Assembly (NCBI GenBank): GCA_002441285.1
Contig: DJVR01000034.1
Span: 3,369-67,368 of the forward strand
Reading direction: 5' to 3'
Length of the DNA stretch: 64,000 nucleotides
Origin: Candidatus Atribacteria bacterium UBA6251
Lineage (GTDB): Bacteria; Atribacterota; Phoenicimicrobiia; Phoenicimicrobiales; Phoenicimicrobiaceae
The notes below the pieces were generated by a model that saw only the letters and a program-made list of their open reading frames with translations, was not told the DNA's origin and searched no databases. The stretch's first letter is position 1, and every line of letters begins with the position of its first letter. Both the position numbers and the translations under genes were made by a program. Positions 59,725 to 64,000 of this stretch are shown here, piece after piece.

Positions 59725-60993
59725 TTAGAATTTATTAAAAACTGTTTTAAGTTCATTAATTATTTTTTCGATTTCTACCTCTTTTTGTTCTTTGGTTTGC
59801 ATATTTCTTAAGAGTATTCTATCTCTAGATAATTCTTCTTCTCCCAGTATAATAGTGTATCTAGCCTTTAATTTATCCGCCAATCTCATTTGGCCCTTCA
59901 AGCTACGAAAGGAATAATCCATCTCGGCAGATATACCTGCCATTCTTATCTTCTGGAGTAATTCAAAAGCAAATAACTCTTTTTCTTGATTAATTTTAGC
60001 TACAAAGACTTCAATCCCTGAATCTTTTGGCCATTCAATCTTTTGCTGTTGCATAGCTAGAATAGTTCTTTCTATTCCAGCGGCAAAACCTACTGCTGGA
60101 GTTGGTTTTCCACCAAACTCTTCTACTAGATAGTCATATCTGCCTCCACCACTGACAGCATTCTGGGCTCCAAGCTCTTTACAGATTATTTCAAAGGCAG
60201 TCTTAGTATAATAATCAAAACCTCTAACTAATCTAGGATCTAAACGGTATTCTATATTTAATACCTTCAGATATTTTTGCACCTCTTGAAAATGTTCCTG
60301 ACATTCCTCACATAGATATTGGGTAAGGGCCGGAACTTTTTTAATAATACTCTGGCAGCTAACATTTTTACAATCTAATATTCTTAAAGGATTTTTATAA
60401 TATCTTTTTTTACAATCCGTACAGAGGTTATCTATCTCTTGATGAATAGAGCTTTTTAATTCTCGAAGATAAAGGGCACGACATTTTTTACACCCTACAC
60501 TATTGAGTAAAACTTCTAAATTTTTTAAACCTAATTTACGAAATATTTCCAGACAGAGTAAAATAATTTCCGCATCGACTTGTGCCGAAGAAGTTCCAAT
60601 TATCTCAGCACCGTATTGGTGAAATTGCCTAAACCTACCTGCTTGAGGTTTTTCGCTACGGAACATTGGTCCAAGATAGAATAGCTTGGTTACTGGAAAT
60701 AAACGATCCATTCGTTGCTCAAGATACGCCCTTACTACCGGAGCAGTACCTTCCGGTCTTAAGGTAAGGCTTCTTTCTTTCCGATCTAAAAAGGTAAACA
60801 TTTCTTTAGTAACAATATCGGTTGATTCTCCAATTCCTCTTGCAAATAACTCAGTATATTCAAAAATAGGAGTTCTTATTTCCCTATATCCGAATCTATT
60901 AGCTACTTCCTTAATAATCTTTTCCACATAATTCCATTTTTCTATGTCTTCTGGTAAAATATCTTGTGTCCCCTTCGGAATTCTAATGATCAT
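59725..60993 (-). CDS. hisS: Histidyl-tRNA synthetase
   Basis: HisRS motifs (RIPKGTQD, class II core). The ORF track starts at 61065, which overlaps the pilT stop by 47 nt. The internal Met (MIIRIPKG, at 60993) is the more likely start. Confidence 0.85.
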   Translation of the reverse strand: MIIRIPKGTQDILPEDIEKWNYVEKIIKEVANRFGYREIRTPIFEYTELFARGIGESTDIVTKEMFTFLDRKERSLTLRPEGTAPVVRAYLEQRMDRLFPVTKLFYLGPMFRSEKPQAGRFRQFHQYGAEIIGTSSAQVDAEIILLCLEIFRKLGLKNLEVLLNSVGCKKCRALYLRELKSSIHQEIDNLCTDCKKRYYKNPLRILDCKNVSCQSIIKKVPALTQYLCEECQEHFQEVQKYLKVLNIEYRLDPRLVRGFDYYTKTAFEIICKELGAQNAVSGGGRYDYLVEEFGGKPTPAVGFAAGIERTILAMQQQKIEWPKDSGIEVFVAKINQEKELFAFELLQKIRMAGISAEMDYSFRSLKGQMRLADKLKARYTIILGEEELSRDRILLRNMQTKEQKEVEIEKIINELKTVFNKF

Positions 60994-61018
60994 ATCTTCT
61001 CCCCCTTGTAGTATATTT

Positions 61019-62083
61019 TTAGTAGTTATAATTATAATGTTCTTTTTCAAATACTTTTTTATCAATTGCTTTTCTTAAGGCATCTTCTCGACTAATCTTT
61101 CCCTCCATTAACAAGTCTTTCAAGGATTGATCCAGGCTTTGCATACCATCTTTTTTACTAATTTGAATAATTGATTGAATCTGATAGGTCTTATTTTCTC
61201 TAATCAAGTTTTTTATAGCTGGAGTAGCAAACATTATCTCCAAGGCTGGGGCTCTTCCTTTTTCATCTAGAGTAGGCAAAAGGGTTTGAGCTACTACACC
61301 TAATAAAGCACCAGCTAATTGCATTCTTACTTGATTCTGTTGATGAGGAGGAAATACGTCAATTATTCTATCGATAGTATCTGATACACTGATAGTATGT
61401 AAAGTAGAAAATACTAAATGACCAGTTTCAGCAGCAGTAAGAGCCATAGAAATAGTTTCAAGATCCCTCATCTCTCCTACCAGTATTACATCAGGGTCCT
61501 CTCTTAATGCACTACGTAAAGCATCAGAAAAGCTTTTAGTATGAGCCCCTATTTCTCTTTGAGTAATTAAACAGTTTTTATGTTGATGAATAAATTCAAT
61601 AGGGTCTTCAATGGTAATAATATTATCATAACGTTGAGTATTAATTATATCTATTAAGGTGGCTAGGGTGGTAGATTTTCCACTTCCCGTAGGTCCAGTG
61701 ATTAAAACAAATCCTTTATCTTTTTCACAAAAATTAGCTAGAACAGAAGGTAATCCTAATTCAGATAGAGATTTAATCTTTTCCGGAATTAATCGAAAAG
61801 CTCCTCCTTCTCCTCTCCGGTGCTTAAATAAATTTACTCGAAAACGGGCAACACTCTCTAATTCATATGACAAATCTAATTCCCCATTAGTTTCGAAATC
61901 TTTTTTTTGATTTTCATCCAAAATACTATAAATTAAACGGTGCACCTCTTCTTTAGTTAATTCGGGGAACTTCAATTTATTTAGTTTTCCATTAATTCTT
62001 ATTACTGGGGGTATACCAACATTAAGATGTAAATCAGAAGCATCATTTTCTTTGGCAAGAGTTAATAAATCATTTAAAATCAT
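61019..62083 (-). CDS. pilT: Twitching-motility retraction ATPase PilT
   Basis: 354 aa. DASDLHL, Walker A GPTGSGKSTTLA, PilT AIRNLIRE motif. Confidence 0.9.
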   Translation of the reverse strand: MILNDLLTLAKENDASDLHLNVGIPPVIRINGKLNKLKFPELTKEEVHRLIYSILDENQKKDFETNGELDLSYELESVARFRVNLFKHRRGEGGAFRLIPEKIKSLSELGLPSVLANFCEKDKGFVLITGPTGSGKSTTLATLIDIINTQRYDNIITIEDPIEFIHQHKNCLITQREIGAHTKSFSDALRSALREDPDVILVGEMRDLETISMALTAAETGHLVFSTLHTISVSDTIDRIIDVFPPHQQNQVRMQLAGALLGVVAQTLLPTLDEKGRAPALEIMFATPAIKNLIRENKTYQIQSIIQISKKDGMQSLDQSLKDLLMEGKISREDALRKAIDKKVFEKEHYNYNY

Positions 62084-62124
62084 ACATTAATCACCTTTCT
62101 CTAAAAACTTGGTTAAATTTCTCC

Positions 62125-62598
62125 TCATTTAAAGAGTAAATCTAAGGACTCATTAATATTTTTATAAGAAGCCAATACAATCCTTATCTTTTTACCGAAA
62201 ATCTGTTGGATGACCATCTTGGCTTCCTCATCGGTGGGATCAGCCATAGCTATAGTAATTTCGTTATCTAACTTAATTAAAGGTAAAAAATTAAATTTTC
62301 TCATCGTATATTCTGGTACTTTCCTGGACAATTCATGATCAATACTCTCTAAATTAATATGCATATAAGGAAGATCTAACTGTCTTCCTAAAGTCCAGTT
62401 TATTTCATCCTGGCTCACCCATCCTTTTTCCATTAAAATTTCTCCTATTCTTTTTTCGGTACTCTTTTGAATGTCTAGAGCTGCTTTTAACTGTTGGGGT
62501 GTGATTATTTTATAATTAATTAAAATCTCGCCTAATTTTGGTACCTCTTTGTTGATCTTTTCTATTTTTTCCATCCGATGATATCCTCCTGTTATCAA
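62125..62598 (-). CDS. Stand-alone GspE N-terminal (T2SSE_N / MshEN-like) domain protein
   Basis: 157 aa. The only similarity is to the N-terminal domain of GspE/MshE ATPases (KLGEILINYKIITPQQLKAALDIQK...RIGEILMEKGWVSQDEI). No ATPase domain. Confidence 0.6.
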   Translation of the reverse strand: MITGGYHRMEKIEKINKEVPKLGEILINYKIITPQQLKAALDIQKSTEKRIGEILMEKGWVSQDEINWTLGRQLDLPYMHINLESIDHELSRKVPEYTMRKFNFLPLIKLDNEITIAMADPTDEEAKMVIQQIFGKKIRIVLASYKNINESLDLLFK

Positions 62599-62649
62599 AG
62601 TATTTTATCGATAGATATATCCACAAATGACATTTTTATATCTTTAACA

Positions 62650-62684
62650 AAAAACCCTGATAATGCTTTTTAGCATTATCAGGG
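62650..62684 (-). terminator. Intrinsic terminator after the second pilT paralog
   Basis: Hairpin CCCTGATAATGCT...AGCATTATCAGGG followed by UUUUUUG on the minus-strand RNA. Confidence 0.7.
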
Positions 62685-62986
62685 ACGAGTTTATCTCGCG
62701 GTGCCACCCTGTTTGAAGGATATTTTTATCCTTCCACTCCATAGCTTTTTAACAGAAGCCAATCGAATAAGTTTACTTTTTTAGAAAACAATATAGTTCA
62801 ACTTATTTTTTCTTCAGGGGTCATTGGAAGATTTTTCCAGCAAGTAAAATCTTCTACTTTCCTGATTTTTAATTAACTAAATTTTGATGTTTAAATATAT
62901 TTTATCTAATTAACTATTAAAAATCAATCTCTATAGATAAGGATTAATAATTTTAAAAATTTCACTTCCTCTCATTTTTTAAAAGA

Positions 62987-64000
62987 TTACTTTTGGTAAA
63001 ATTCTTTTTTATCTATCGCTCTTAATATAGCTTCATCTCGACTAATTTTCCCTTCAATAAGCATACTTTTTAAAGATTGATCTATACTGATCATTCCATC
63101 ACTTCTACCCATCTGAATAATAGAAGCAATCTGATGAATTTTATTCTCTCTGATAATATTACGGACAGCTGGAGTAGCTATCATTAATTCAATAATAGGC
63201 ACCCTTCCTCCTCCATCAATAGTGGGTAATAGAGTCTGAGCAACAATACCTAAAAGTGATTCGGCAATTTGTGTTCTAATTTGATTTTGCTGGTGGGGTG
63301 GAAAGACATTAATAATTCTTTCTACGGTTTCTGCGGCATTATTAGTATGCAGGGTAGAAAATACTAAATGACCAGTTTCAGCGGCAGTAACCGCCATCGA
63401 GATAGTTTCTAAATCTCTCATTTCACCTACTAAAATAACATCTGGATCTTCTCTTAATGCGCTACGCAAAGCGCTGGCAAAAGAATGAGTATGTGATCCA
63501 ATTTCTCTTTGATCTATAACACAATTTTTATGTTGATGAATAAATTCTATAGGATCTTCGATAGTAATAATATGTTTATATTGTTCTTTATTAATCATAT
63601 CGATTAAAGTAGCCAAGGTAGTAGTTTTACCACTGCCAGTGGGACCGGTAATTAAGACAAAACCTTTGGGCCTTTTAGTTAAATAACTTAATTCTTTCGG
63701 TAGATTTAATTCTTCCAGTGTCTTTATCTTTTCTGGAATCAATCTAAAGGCAGCTGATTCTCCATTACGGGTACGAAAAATATTCACTCTAAAGCGAGCA
63801 ACATTTTTTAATTCGTAAGAAAAATCTAATTCATAATATTTAATATATTTAGTCAGTTGTTCTTTATCCAGGATACTAAAGATCATTTCGTGAACGTCTT
63901 CTGAAGTTAATTCGGGTAGGTTTAGTTTTTTTAAATCACCATTAATACGGAGAATTGGAGGTACTCCTACTGAAATATGCAAATCGGAAGCGTCTCTCTC
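62987..64000 (-). CDS. PilT/PilU-family ATPase, second paralog (N-terminus beyond the window end)
   Basis: Walker A GPTGSGKTTTLA, AVRNIIRE. The frame stays open to position 64000 (...ERDASDLHISVGVPP), so the gene is truncated by the window edge. Confidence 0.85.
   Translation of the reverse strand, partial: ERDASDLHISVGVPPILRINGDLKKLNLPELTSEDVHEMIFSILDKEQLTKYIKYYELDFSYELKNVARFRVNIFRTRNGESAAFRLIPEKIKTLEELNLPKELSYLTKRPKGFVLITGPTGSGKTTTLATLIDMINKEQYKHIITIEDPIEFIHQHKNCVIDQREIGSHTHSFASALRSALREDPDVILVGEMRDLETISMAVTAAETGHLVFSTLHTNNAAETVERIINVFPPHQQNQIRTQIAESLLGIVAQTLLPTIDGGGRVPIIELMIATPAVRNIIRENKIHQIASIIQMGRSDGMISIDQSLKSMLIEGKISRDEAILRAIDKKEFYQK

Noticed and set aside
60993-61065. 47-nt overlap between the annotated hisS start (61065) and the pilT stop (61019)
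   Set aside because: It is resolved by using the internal Met (MIIRIPKG) at 60993 as the hisS start, which matches HisRS N-termini. It is not a real programmed overlap.

Overview
Low-GC (~30% GC) bacterial chromosomal segment. About 60 co-oriented genes are on the minus strand, and no convincing plus-strand gene was found. The left third is housekeeping with Firmicutes-like synteny: valS (partial) behind a T-box leader, lon, clpP, tig, a seven-tRNA cluster, rdgB-rph, ispA-xseB-xseA-nusB-Asp23-efp, glyA, an M24 peptidase and rimO. The centre (about 17-45 kb) is a large type IV pilus (T4P) locus interleaved with cyclic-di-GMP signalling parts. It holds pilMNOPQ (with a secretin), PilX-like, FimT-like and other minor pseudopilins, and an ~870-aa prepilin-type protein with Ig-like repeats. 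It also holds pilD, the major pilin pilA followed by an O-antigen-ligase/TPR gene, pilC, a GAF/HD-GYP phosphodiesterase, pilB, and a class-III nucleotidyl-cyclase/STAND/TPR protein. The right third returns to housekeeping (udk, mltG, ruvX, alaS, rpsA, MTHFS, aspS, asnS, hisS). It also carries a second pilB, two pilT paralogs, and a stand-alone MshEN-like (GspE N-terminal) domain protein. The strongest non-coding signals are three sequences matching the c-di-GMP-I (GEMM) riboswitch consensus: one in the 5' UTR of a small secreted protein, and a tandem pair upstream of pilA. Other signals are a dispersed family of modular 'GTCATT + hairpin' repeats at three T4P operon boundaries, direct-repeat and operator-like motif arrays in pilus promoters, and several intrinsic terminators. 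The candidate novel system is an operon of two paralogous group-3 sigma factors plus two paralogous internally duplicated unknown proteins, immediately upstream of the riboswitch-controlled pilA. No transposases, integrases or CRISPR arrays were seen.
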